DNA from: an uncultured Chloroflexia bacterium
GTDB lineage: Bacteria > Chloroflexota > Limnocylindria > Limnocylindrales > CSP1-4
Reading direction: 5' to 3'
DNA: 64,000 bases
Assembly (NCBI GenBank): GCA_963828165.1
Contig: CAWHDR010000001.1
Span: 1,536,001-1,600,000 of the forward strand
The notes beneath the pieces are model-generated. The model saw only the letters and a list, made by a program, of their open reading frames with translations. It was not told the origin of the DNA and did not search any database. A program made the position numbers and the translations under genes. How positions within the stretch are numbered: position 1 is the stretch's first letter; every line of letters starts with the position of its first letter. This document shows, in pieces, positions 20,792 through 29,472 of this stretch.

Positions 20792-22356
20792 GATGGTGCC
20801 TCCTCGAGGTGGAGTACGAGCTCGGCGGTGTGGTAGCGGCCGTCGGATGTGACGCGGACCGCGTCGACCATCTGCTGGATCAGGAAGATGCCCCACCCCC
20901 GCGGCTTCTGATCGCCGGCCAGCTTGGCCGCGACGTCGGGGGTCTCGACGATCGGGATGGCCTGGTCGCCGCCCTCATCCCGGATGCGGACGACGAGGTC
21001 CCGGCCCTCGACACCGGCCGTCACGCGGACGGGGATCTCGGGCCGGTTATGGTTGCCATGCTCGATCGCATTCATCGTGGCCTCGGCGACCGCGGTCTTG
21101 AGCTTCTCGAGGGTCGGCGTCGCCAGTCCGAGCGGCGCCACGGCCGCCGCCACGCGGTCCATCGCTTCGCGTTCACGGCCGGGCTCGCTTGGCAGCTCGA
21201 ACTCCGTGAGCAGCCCGTCGTCGTGCCAGCCGATGGAGACAAGGGTGATGTCGTCCTCCTGCTCCCAGTCCGGGCCAGTGAACCGTTCCAGCTCAGCGAG
21301 GACCGCCAGGAGCAGGCGGTCGCCGCCATCCGCTCGGGCGATGACGTCGCGAAGTCGGGGGATCCCGAACATCTCGTGGTCGCGCCCGTGGGCCTCGGCG
21401 ATCCCGTCCGACGAGAGGACGAGCTGGTCGCCGCGGGCCAGGCGGGTTTCAGTCTCCGTGTAGCGCATCCCGGGCATCAGTCCGAGCGGCATGCCCGTGG
21501 CCCGCAGCTCCTCCGCGCCCGTCGACGACCGGACGATCGGGAGGTTGTGTCCGGCGTTCGCGAAGCGGATCAGGCCGGTCGCCGGGTCAAGCACGCCATA
21601 GAGGCAGGTGACGAACATCCGCGGGGGCATATCGGCCTGGAGCAGGTCATTGGCGCGCGCCAGGACCTCGCCGGGCGACGCGGCTTCCTGGCCGGCGGCG
21701 CGGAGGAACGATCGTGTGGCCGCCATCACCATCGCCGCGGGAACGCCCTTGTCCGTGACATCCCCAACCGCGAACGCCAGGGTCCCGTCGCTGCGCTCGA
21801 CGAAGTCGTAGAAGTCGCCCCCGACCGCCCTGGCCGGACGGTAGTGGGCCTGGACGCTCCAGCCCGACGGCTGCGGCAGCACCAGCGGGAGGAAGTGCTG
21901 CTGGATCAGCTGGGCGACCTGGAGCTCGTGCTCGAAGCGTTCTCGCTTGACCGCCTCCGCTTCCTGCTCGCTCACGAGCTGGGCGATCCGGAGCGCCGGC
22001 GCAGCCTGCGCGGCCAGGCTCTCGAGCAGCTTCCGATCGTCGGCCGAGTAGTCCTGGTCCGAGAGTCGGGGGCCGAGGTTGAGCGACCCGACCAGCTCGC
22101 CGTGGGTGATGAGCGGGACGACGAGCGAGACGCCCGCCGCGCGCCATGCACGCAACGCCGGGGAGTCAAGTTCGAGGCCGTCGAGGTCGACCGCGCCGTG
22201 CGCCGCCTCGAGGTAGGGGAGCAGCGGGTCGTTCTCGGCGATCGGCAGTGGAGAGGTCGCGTCGGACGGCCGTTCCACCGCGAGATCGGGCGGGACGCTC
22301 GCGGCCACACTGCCGCGCCCGATGGCGCGGCGCAGGGCGCCGCCGATCAGGGTCAT
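20788..22356 (-). CDS. Partial GAF + SpoIIE/RsbU PP2C phosphatase + RsbW-like HATPase_c fusion
   Basis: GAF part LVVPLITHGELVGSLNLG...YSADDRKLLESLA; PP2C motifs GGDFYDF, GDVTDKG, SDG and EDDITL; kinase motifs EATMNAIEHG, IRDEG and RGWGIFLI. Confidence 0.9.
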   Translation of the reverse strand: MTLIGGALRRAIGRGSVAASVPPDLAVERPSDATSPLPIAENDPLLPYLEAAHGAVDLDGLELDSPALRAWRAAGVSLVVPLITHGELVGSLNLGPRLSDQDYSADDRKLLESLAAQAAPALRIAQLVSEQEAEAVKRERFEHELQVAQLIQQHFLPLVLPQPSGWSVQAHYRPARAVGGDFYDFVERSDGTLAFAVGDVTDKGVPAAMVMAATRSFLRAAGQEAASPGEVLARANDLLQADMPPRMFVTCLYGVLDPATGLIRFANAGHNLPIVRSSTGAEELRATGMPLGLMPGMRYTETETRLARGDQLVLSSDGIAEAHGRDHEMFGIPRLRDVIARADGGDRLLLAVLAELERFTGPDWEQEDDITLVSIGWHDDGLLTEFELPSEPGREREAMDRVAAAVAPLGLATPTLEKLKTAVAEATMNAIEHGNHNRPEIPVRVTAGVEGRDLVVRIRDEGGDQAIPIVETPDVAAKLAGDQKPRGWGIFLIQQMVDAVRVTSDGRYHTAELVLHLEEAPS

Positions 22357-22388
22357 GCGTGGCCGTCCGGTGTCGCGATCCGCTTCAT
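22353..22388 (-). CDS. Candidate leaderless 11-aa upstream ORF (MKRIATPDGHA) coupled to the phosphatase start
   Basis: ATG lies 7 nt after GAGGAT, and its TGA overlaps the phosphatase ATG (ATGA). Confidence 0.35.
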   Translation of the reverse strand: MKRIATPDGHA

Positions 22389-22395
22389 CGTGGTC

Positions 22396-22429
22396 ATCCT
22401 CATCGACCATCATTCCGAGATCGTTACGA
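22396..22429 (-). promoter_or_regulatory. Activator-type promoter TCGTAACGATCTC-N15-GAGGAT
   Basis: Identical 13-mer to 17693-17705; heptamer-like repeats CGTAACG/CGGAATG at 11-bp period. Confidence 0.65.
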
Positions 22430-22465
22430 TGCAACCCCGCCCGGCGCGGCACAAGGAGCGACGGT

Positions 22466-24490
22466 CTGACGCTGCGTATCACCCTCCTCGGGCCACCTGA
22501 CGTCCGCATCGACGGCGACCCTCTCCTCGTCGACACGCGAAAGGCGGTGGCGCTGCTCGCCTACGTGGCCATGGTCGGCCGACCGGTCGCCCGCGCGTCC
22601 CTGGTCGACCTGCTCTGGCCGGACGCCGAGCCCGACTCGGGCAGCGGGTCGCTGCGGCGGACCCTCAGCGTCCTGCGATCGGGTCTGGGCGGACGTTGGC
22701 TTGCGGTCGATCGGCGTCAGGTCGCCCTGGCCGGGGAGGAGATCACGCTGGACGTCTCGGTGGCGCGCACCGTGTTCGCGGCTGCGTCGCACGATCACGG
22801 ACCAGGGGAGGCGTGCCCGTCCTGTCGTCGCACGTTGGCGCGCGGGGCGGCCCTCTTCCGCGGCGAGTTCCTCGAAGGGTTCGCCCTGCGCGATAGCGCC
22901 TCCTTCGACGAGTGGCAGACCCTGGAGGCGGAGGCGCTTCGTGGTGAGCACGGGCGAGCGCTCCTGCGTCTCGTCGCACTCGAGGCGGCGGAGGGGAGAT
23001 TCACACACGCCATCGCCACGGGACGGCGGCTCGTGGCGCTCGACCCGCTCGATGAACGAGGGCATCGGGCGTTGATGCGAGTCCACGCGGATGCGGGCGA
23101 TCGGCACGCCGCGGTTCGCGTCTACGACGAGTGCGTCCGGATCCTCGCAACCGAGCTCGGTGTCGCGCCAGACGCCGAGACCACTTCGTTGCACGAGGAC
23201 ATCCGCTCCGGACGTTTCGAAGCGAGGTCCGCGACCGTTCGCCCGACGCCCGCCCCGGCTCCCGCACCCACGTCGGCGTTCGCCGGGCTCGACGCCGTCA
23301 CGAGGGACGTCCTCGCCGCCGCCGCCATCGTCGGGCGGGAGGTAGACCCGGACATCGTGGTTGACGTCGCGGGCCACGGCGAGGCCGACGTGGCAGGCGC
23401 GATCGATCTCCTCGTCGGCGGTGGGATCCTGGCGGAGACCGGCCAGGAGCAGCGCGACTCCTACCGCTTTCGAGACGACCTCATCCGGACCGCAGTCCTG
23501 GAGGAGCTCGGATCGGCCCGGCGACGCGCCCTGCATCGCCGCGCTGCGACCATCCTTGCGACCCGGTTCGATCGTGCCACCGGGGACGGATGGATCGCGG
23601 CGCGCATCGCCGAGCACCTCGCGGCAGGTGCTCGTCCCCTCGAGGCCGCCGCATTCCATCGACGCGCCGCGGAAGCCGCGCGTCGGATCTCCGACCATGG
23701 GCTGGCCGCCGAACAGTTCCGGGCCGCACTCCTGCTGGGCGACCCCGAGCAGGCCGAGCTCTACGCCGCGATCGGCGATGCCGAGACCTTGCTGGGGCGC
23801 TACGGGGAGGCGCTGGCCGCGTACGAGCTCGGGGCCGCGCTCGCCCAGGCGGCTGAGGTCCCTGCCTTCGAGCTCAGGCTCGGCAGCCTGCACCTGCGAC
23901 GCGGTGCCCTTGAGCTCGCGGAACTCCACCTTGCCGCCGCGCTGGTTCGGATCGGCGAAGCGCCGTCCCCCACTCGAGCACGAGTCCTCACCGAATATGG
24001 TCTCGTGGCCGTGCGCCGAGGCGACGAATCGACCGCCCGCGAACTGGCCGACGAAGCGTTGACGATCGCTCGGGCAAGCGCGGACTCGCAGTCGGAGGCA
24101 CACGCGGAGAATCTCCTCGCGATGCTGGCGCGCCGCTCGGGCGATGGCGAGGCGGCCCGCCAGCACCTGCGGCGGAGCCTGGAACGTGCCGGTGTCGCTG
24201 ACGATCCCTCGGCACGCCTCGGGGCGCTCAACAATCTCGCGCTCCTGGAACGGGCGGCCGGGAATCTCGAAACCGCACTCGATCTCACGGACGAAGCGCT
24301 GCGTCGCTGCGTGTTCATCGGGGATCGTCACCGCGAGGCCGCGCTGCGCAACAACCGCGCCGACCTTCTGCACGCCATGGGTCGACCAGCCGAGGCGGCC
24401 GAGGAGCTCGTCCGCTCGGTCACTGCATTCGGGGAGGTCGGCGATCGAGCGGGCCTTCAGCCCGAGATCTGGAAGCTCGTGGACTGGTGA
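22466..24490 (+). CDS. SARP/AfsR-type regulator: winged HTH + BTAD + TPR, with no ATPase domain
   Basis: LRITLLGPP...RKAVALLAY..LVDLLWP, LFRGEFLEGF...FDEW, DPLDERGHRALM and TPR repeats. Probable CTG start 7 nt after AAGGAG. Confidence 0.85.
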   Translation: MTLRITLLGPPDVRIDGDPLLVDTRKAVALLAYVAMVGRPVARASLVDLLWPDAEPDSGSGSLRRTLSVLRSGLGGRWLAVDRRQVALAGEEITLDVSVARTVFAAASHDHGPGEACPSCRRTLARGAALFRGEFLEGFALRDSASFDEWQTLEAEALRGEHGRALLRLVALEAAEGRFTHAIATGRRLVALDPLDERGHRALMRVHADAGDRHAAVRVYDECVRILATELGVAPDAETTSLHEDIRSGRFEARSATVRPTPAPAPAPTSAFAGLDAVTRDVLAAAAIVGREVDPDIVVDVAGHGEADVAGAIDLLVGGGILAETGQEQRDSYRFRDDLIRTAVLEELGSARRRALHRRAATILATRFDRATGDGWIAARIAEHLAAGARPLEAAAFHRRAAEAARRISDHGLAAEQFRAALLLGDPEQAELYAAIGDAETLLGRYGEALAAYELGAALAQAAEVPAFELRLGSLHLRRGALELAELHLAAALVRIGEAPSPTRARVLTEYGLVAVRRGDESTARELADEALTIARASADSQSEAHAENLLAMLARRSGDGEAARQHLRRSLERAGVADDPSARLGALNNLALLERAAGNLETALDLTDEALRRCVFIGDRHREAALRNNRADLLHAMGRPAEAAEELVRSVTAFGEVGDRAGLQPEIWKLVDW

Positions 24491-24515
24491 GCGGCCGACG
24501 GCCGGACGCCGCTCC

Positions 24516-25964
24516 CTAGGCAGGCGCCACGACGAACGGCTGGCCAGCCCGGAATTCCATGTCCGGCGAGGCGCCGATCATGCAGACCGGCCCGTAGGCC
24601 CCGGCCTCGAGCGACACCGAGCTCGTGATGGACCCGCCCGCGCCGGGCTCGTCGGAGGCGCCGCCGGCGTCGATGATCCAGTCGGGCAACACGTCGGTCT
24701 CGACATCGATCGTGGGCAGCAGGGCCGCCACGTCCTCCCACGTGTGCGGCTGGCGCACGCCCACGATCCGAACGGCCGCCGGATCGCCGGTCGTGTTCTC
24801 GAACGTCAATGCGGCCAGGCCGGGTTTCAGGCCGCCGGGCATCTCGAAGGTGCAGGCCGCGCCGTCCCAACGGACCGTGAGCTGACCCGCTAGGTCGAAT
24901 GGGGACACCCGATCTCCACCGACCCCCAGGGCCTCGATGAGGGCCGTCTCGACCGCCTCGCGATCCGCGGCGGTCGCGAACGCCACCGGCCGGCCGGCGT
25001 CCTGCCGGCTGACCCGCCCGGTCTCGTCGACGAGCAGGAGCGCGTCCTCCCAGGTGACGAGGTCGGGTGAGCTCACGGTCAGCGCCGCGAGCTCGTCCCA
25101 GAGTTGCTGGCCTTCGCCGGTCAGGCGGGTCGGGACACGGGCAAGGAGCTCGAAGACGAGGTCGGCGCCGGCCGTCGGCCGGTGCTCGGTCAGGCGTTCG
25201 GGCAGGTCGGGTGGGATCGGCACGTCGGCGGTCGCATCGAGCGGGACCAGCCTGATCGGTGTCGCGGTGTCGAAGATCGCGCTCACCGCCGAAGGGTCGG
25301 CGGCGAGGTTCCATTCGAGGCTGTCGTCGGCCGTGACCCCGTCGACGATGACGTTGCCGGGAACGTCGATCGCGCCACCCATCGCGTGGATCGCCGCGAT
25401 CCGGTCTGCGACCGTCGGGTCGGCGATGACGGCGTCCTCGAGGTTGGTCCAGGGACCCAGGGCCACGACCGTCGGTGAGCTCGGGCTTGCGTCCACGGCG
25501 GCGGTCAAGAGGCTCGCCGCGTCCTCCGCGACGCCTGTGTTCGACGGCGCCGGCATCTCCATCCCCCAACCCTCGTCCGCGTTGAGGCGCCACTCGTCGG
25601 GGAATCGTTGGCCGTCGGGTCCCGGGTCCACCCGACCGCAGGCGAACGGGATCGCGCCGGCCCCGAACTCCTCGAGCACGTACTGCACGATCTGGCGGCC
25701 CGAGGCGCAGTTCGTCACGCCTGTCCCGGTCGGGACGATGGTGATGGCGCGTACGTCGACGCGGGGGTCGCGCAACAGCACGGCCAGCGCCGCCATGTCG
25801 CTGACGTCGACGTCCGTGTCGACGATGATCGGGATGCGTGTCGTGGGTGGATCGCCGGTGACCAGCGGCGGCTCGGTCCCGTCCGTGGCCGCATCGCAGG
25901 CGCCCACGAGCCCGGCCAGGACGACGACGACGACCGCGCCCGCGCGAGCCCGACGGGAAGGCAT
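24516..25964 (-). CDS. Lipoprotein nucleoside hydrolase (IUNH family) with an extra C-terminal domain
   Basis: Lipobox LVGAC; motifs IIVDTDVDVSD, ALGPWTNL, MGG..GN, EWN..ADP, VPLDAT and LWD. Confidence 0.85.
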   Translation of the reverse strand: MPSRRARAGAVVVVVLAGLVGACDAATDGTEPPLVTGDPPTTRIPIIVDTDVDVSDMAALAVLLRDPRVDVRAITIVPTGTGVTNCASGRQIVQYVLEEFGAGAIPFACGRVDPGPDGQRFPDEWRLNADEGWGMEMPAPSNTGVAEDAASLLTAAVDASPSSPTVVALGPWTNLEDAVIADPTVADRIAAIHAMGGAIDVPGNVIVDGVTADDSLEWNLAADPSAVSAIFDTATPIRLVPLDATADVPIPPDLPERLTEHRPTAGADLVFELLARVPTRLTGEGQQLWDELAALTVSSPDLVTWEDALLLVDETGRVSRQDAGRPVAFATAADREAVETALIEALGVGGDRVSPFDLAGQLTVRWDGAACTFEMPGGLKPGLAALTFENTTGDPAAVRIVGVRQPHTWEDVAALLPTIDVETDVLPDWIIDAGGASDEPGAGGSITSSVSLEAGAYGPVCMIGASPDMEFRAGQPFVVAPA

Positions 25965-26157
25965 GCGCTGCATGGTAGGGCCGCGGCGCCCCCATGGACC
26001 GGCGAACGACGTCAGCCCGCCGCCGGACCCCGATCGAACCAGATCCGCTCCCCGGTGAACCGCTTCGTGGCGGGGCGGACCCACAGGCGTTTGATCCGGC
26101 GCAACTCGTCTGGATCGAATCCGCGGGCCAGCATCGACCGGATGCGTGGCCGGTCGG

Positions 26158-27429
26158 TCACCGGGTCGTGGCGGCCATGCGCTCCAGCGCCTCGAGCGCC
26201 CGGTCGACTTCGGCGGCGGTGTTGTAGTGGACCAGCCCGATCCGCAGCACGCCACCGACCTCGGCCTTGCCGAGCCGCTCGATGAGACCGGTCGCGTAGA
26301 AGTCACCGTCCCACACGTAGATGCCCTCCCGTCCGAGCGCTTCCGCGGCCGCCCGCGGGGCGAGGCCCTCGATCGAAACGGACACGGTCGGCACGCGCTC
26401 CGCCGCGCGGGCAGGGTCGGCGATGCCGTGGATGGTCACGCCTGCGATGGCCCCAAGGCCGGCGATCAACTGGCCCACCAGCTCGCGCTCGTACTCGACG
26501 ATGGCGGTCATCCCCGCAACGAGCTCGCGCCGGCGTTCGCTGGCCTCGCCGGCACCCGGCGCCCCGGCCACGTCGCCGTACGAGCGCCCGACGTCACGCA
26601 GGTAGTCGGTCGCAGCCAGCGTTCCGGCGATCGACTCGAAGGCGGCGGTGCCCGTCTCGAATCGATCGTGCGCAGGGCGCACCTTGAATGCTGGCAGCGA
26701 ATCGAGCACCGCAGCCTTGCCGTATAGCGCGCCGAGGTGCGGACCGAACCACTTGTAGGCGCTGCACACCAGGAAGTCGGTGTCGAGCGCGCGGACATCG
26801 ATCGGCCCGTGGGGCGCGTACGCGACGGCATCGATGTAGGTGAGCGCCCCGACCTCGTGCGCACGCGCGACGATCTCGGCGACTGGATTGATCGCCCCGA
26901 CCGCGTTGCTGGCGTAGCCCACCGCGACGAGCTTCGTTCGCGGCGTGAGCTTGGATTCGAGGTCCTCGAGGTCGAGCGTGACATCGTCCTCGCGGATGTC
27001 GACCTTGCGGACCGTCACCCCGCGGTCGGCGGCCATCGCCTCCCAGGTCGAGACGTTCGCCTCGTGGTCCAGGGTGGTGACGACGATCTCGTCGCCGGGC
27101 CCGAGTGTCGCGCCGATCGAACGTCCGACGTGGAGGGTGAGCGTCGACATGTTGTAACCGAACTTGATCTCGTCCGGGCTCGCGGCACCGAGGAAGTCGG
27201 CCACCGCGGCGTGGGCCTCGTCAGCCATGGCGTCGCTCATCTCGCTGGTGGTGAACGCGCCGCCGCTGTTGGCGTTGGTATTCGTGAAGTACGCGCCGAC
27301 GGCGTCGATCACGCGCTGGGGGACCTGGGTGCCACCAGGACCGTCGAGGAACGCGACGGTCTGGCCGTCCTGCTCCCGGGCGAGAGCCGGGAATTCGGTG
27401 CGCAGGGCATCGACTTCGAAGGCGGGCAT
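26158..27429 (-). CDS. PLP-dependent class V aminotransferase, cysteine desulfurase-like (VC1184 subfamily)
   Basis: Motifs FLDGPGGTQVP, LDHEAN, YIDAVAYAPH, CSAYKWFGPH, FETGT and GDFYA. Confidence 0.9.
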   Translation of the reverse strand: MPAFEVDALRTEFPALAREQDGQTVAFLDGPGGTQVPQRVIDAVGAYFTNTNANSGGAFTTSEMSDAMADEAHAAVADFLGAASPDEIKFGYNMSTLTLHVGRSIGATLGPGDEIVVTTLDHEANVSTWEAMAADRGVTVRKVDIREDDVTLDLEDLESKLTPRTKLVAVGYASNAVGAINPVAEIVARAHEVGALTYIDAVAYAPHGPIDVRALDTDFLVCSAYKWFGPHLGALYGKAAVLDSLPAFKVRPAHDRFETGTAAFESIAGTLAATDYLRDVGRSYGDVAGAPGAGEASERRRELVAGMTAIVEYERELVGQLIAGLGAIAGVTIHGIADPARAAERVPTVSVSIEGLAPRAAAEALGREGIYVWDGDFYATGLIERLGKAEVGGVLRIGLVHYNTAAEVDRALEALERMAATTR

Positions 27430-27440
27430 CGAGACTCCGT

Positions 27441-28037
27441 TCAACTCGCGGTTTGGACCGTCGGGTCGCGGGGCAGCAACAGGCCGACCAGTCGATACAG
27501 CCCGTAACCCAGGGCGACGCCGAGGACGTTGATGATGATGTCATCGACATCGGCGACGCGGTACGGCGCGCCGACCAGCACGGACAGGGCAACTTGCACG
27601 GTCTCGAGGGCGAGCGAGATCGCCAGGCCGGCGCCAACGACCGCGGGTAGGGATCGCCAGCGCGGCCAGATGAGCGGCAGGAAGACGCCCAACGGGACGA
27701 AGGCGAGGGCGTTGCCGACCAGGACCCGTCCAGGCGGCCCGTCGAGCCCGAACCGGAGGGAGACGCGGATGGTCTCGAACGGCACGATGTTCGCCCATGG
27801 AAACGGCCACGGCCGGTAATCATCCAGATTCGCCGCTGGTAGCCGCGTCCACGGTGGAAGCGGAAACGGCGTGAACAGCAGCCCGATCAGCACGACGACA
27901 TAGGCCGCAAACGCGAGCCGGATGGACGACGGCCACCGACCGATACGGTCCCGCCCATTTGCCAACGCCACCACCGGCAGGACGATGATCAGTCCGAGCA
28001 GGATGAAGCTGGTCGTGGGGAACGTGTCCGAGCTCAC
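27441..28037 (-). CDS. VanZ family membrane protein
   Basis: Motifs NIVPF, GNALAFVPLG, SLALETVQ, R.ADVDDIIIN.LG. Confidence 0.88.
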   Translation of the reverse strand: MSSDTFPTTSFILLGLIIVLPVVALANGRDRIGRWPSSIRLAFAAYVVVLIGLLFTPFPLPPWTRLPAANLDDYRPWPFPWANIVPFETIRVSLRFGLDGPPGRVLVGNALAFVPLGVFLPLIWPRWRSLPAVVGAGLAISLALETVQVALSVLVGAPYRVADVDDIIINVLGVALGYGLYRLVGLLLPRDPTVQTAS

Positions 28038-28074
28038 CGCTCGATCATCGCACCAGCGAAGCTGGTCAGGCTGC

Positions 28075-29472
28075 CTACCGCTCTTCCATCGTCGCCGGCA
28101 CCCGGGCGTCCTTGAAGATCTCGAGCGCTTCCGTTGCCAGGGATCGTGCCTCGAATGACGCCGTCGCCGGCACGATGACGGCGGAACCGTTCGCCCGGGC
28201 GAGGGCGGCGGCGGCAGCGTGCAGTTCCCGCAGGGTGATGGGTTCCGACGCGCCGTCCAGGGTGGCGATCATCTTCGCGCCGCTCTCGACCTGCAGGTGC
28301 AAGCGCGGACCGGTCGGGGTCGCCTCGAGCGGCAGGACCGAGATGGATGGGGTCGACGCCGGTTCGACTGGCGGTGGGGCCGGAGCGATCTCGGGCTGCG
28401 CCCCGACCGCCGCCGGCGCCGAAGGTGTCTCGATCGCCGCCGGTGTCTCGAGCGACCCGGGGATGGAGGTGGCGCCCGTCGCAGCCGTGATCGGACGATA
28501 CAGGTCGTCCGCTGCCGGGCGCGTCGGCGTGGCCGGCGGCGGATCCACGATGGCCGCCGCCGCATCCGCGATCGACCGGGTGGTGCCGGACGGCGCCCCG
28601 GCCGCGAGCGCAGTGCCGGGCACGACCCCCGCCGCGGGAGCAGCCCCTGCCGCGACCGATGCCTGCCCGCCCGCCAGCTGAGCGGCGCGTCGGCGAACGA
28701 TCCGTCGCTCGATCCACCAGATCAGGACGACCAGGAAGGTCGCACCGATGACGACCATGGCCGTGGCGATGGCCTGCACGACCAGCGTCTCCTGCACGGC
28801 CTCCTCGAGCGTGCCGGAGCCGAACAGGTCGAGATAGGCCGTGAAGCGTGGCGTGAGGTAGCCGCCCAGCAGCCCGACCCACGCCACGAAGATCAGCGCC
28901 TCGTGCTGGATCGACTCGGGGTCGAGCCGGCGGATGACGTCCCGCACGATGGCCGGGACACGGAACAGGTTCAGGCCCGGCAGGAAGTTCTCGACGAAGG
29001 CCATGAACCCGTCCGTGGGCGGATAGCCGAGTCCCAGCGCCGGCATCGCCACCACGACGCGGCTGAGCCAGAACGCCCACCCCGTCAAGGCGAGCACGGC
29101 GACGCCCAGCGTGGCGATGGCGATGCTGCCGGCCACGAGCGATTCCGCGGACTGGCCGAACGCCGGATCGTTGAGCAGCGCCGGATCCTTCAGGATGCGG
29201 CCGAACAGGACGGCGTCCGCGATGGTCGAGACGATCTGCATGACCGGGAGGAAGATCAGCAGCGCCGACGCGAGCAGTGCCGCCCGGCGGGACGGCCGGT
29301 ATTCAGGGAGGGCGATCTCGCGGAGCCTGCCGTGGCCGGTCCCCTCGATCTGCGACGGGTCGACGGCCGCAACATCACGGGGCGTCCGGCAGGCGTAGCA
29401 CTTCTTGGAGCGCAGGTTGTTGACCGATCGGCACTCGCCGCAGACCCAGATGTCCGCGTCCGTGCCGGCCAT
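28075..29472 (-). CDS. Zinc-ribbon + DUF4328-like membrane protein with Pro/Ala-rich tail
   Basis: WVCGEC..N....KCYAC finger, four TM segments with FLPGLNLFRVP, a low-complexity linker and a small C-terminal domain. Confidence 0.7.
   Translation of the reverse strand: MAGTDADIWVCGECRSVNNLRSKKCYACRTPRDVAAVDPSQIEGTGHGRLREIALPEYRPSRRAALLASALLIFLPVMQIVSTIADAVLFGRILKDPALLNDPAFGQSAESLVAGSIAIATLGVAVLALTGWAFWLSRVVVAMPALGLGYPPTDGFMAFVENFLPGLNLFRVPAIVRDVIRRLDPESIQHEALIFVAWVGLLGGYLTPRFTAYLDLFGSGTLEEAVQETLVVQAIATAMVVIGATFLVVLIWWIERRIVRRRAAQLAGGQASVAAGAAPAAGVVPGTALAAGAPSGTTRSIADAAAAIVDPPPATPTRPAADDLYRPITAATGATSIPGSLETPAAIETPSAPAAVGAQPEIAPAPPPVEPASTPSISVLPLEATPTGPRLHLQVESGAKMIATLDGASEPITLRELHAAAAALARANGSAVIVPATASFEARSLATEALEIFKDARVPATMEER

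Noticed and set aside
25975-26157. GATCGAA-like repeats and small hairpins in an intergenic gap
   Set aside because: The matches are too short to separate from chance, although the region may be another REP-like insert.
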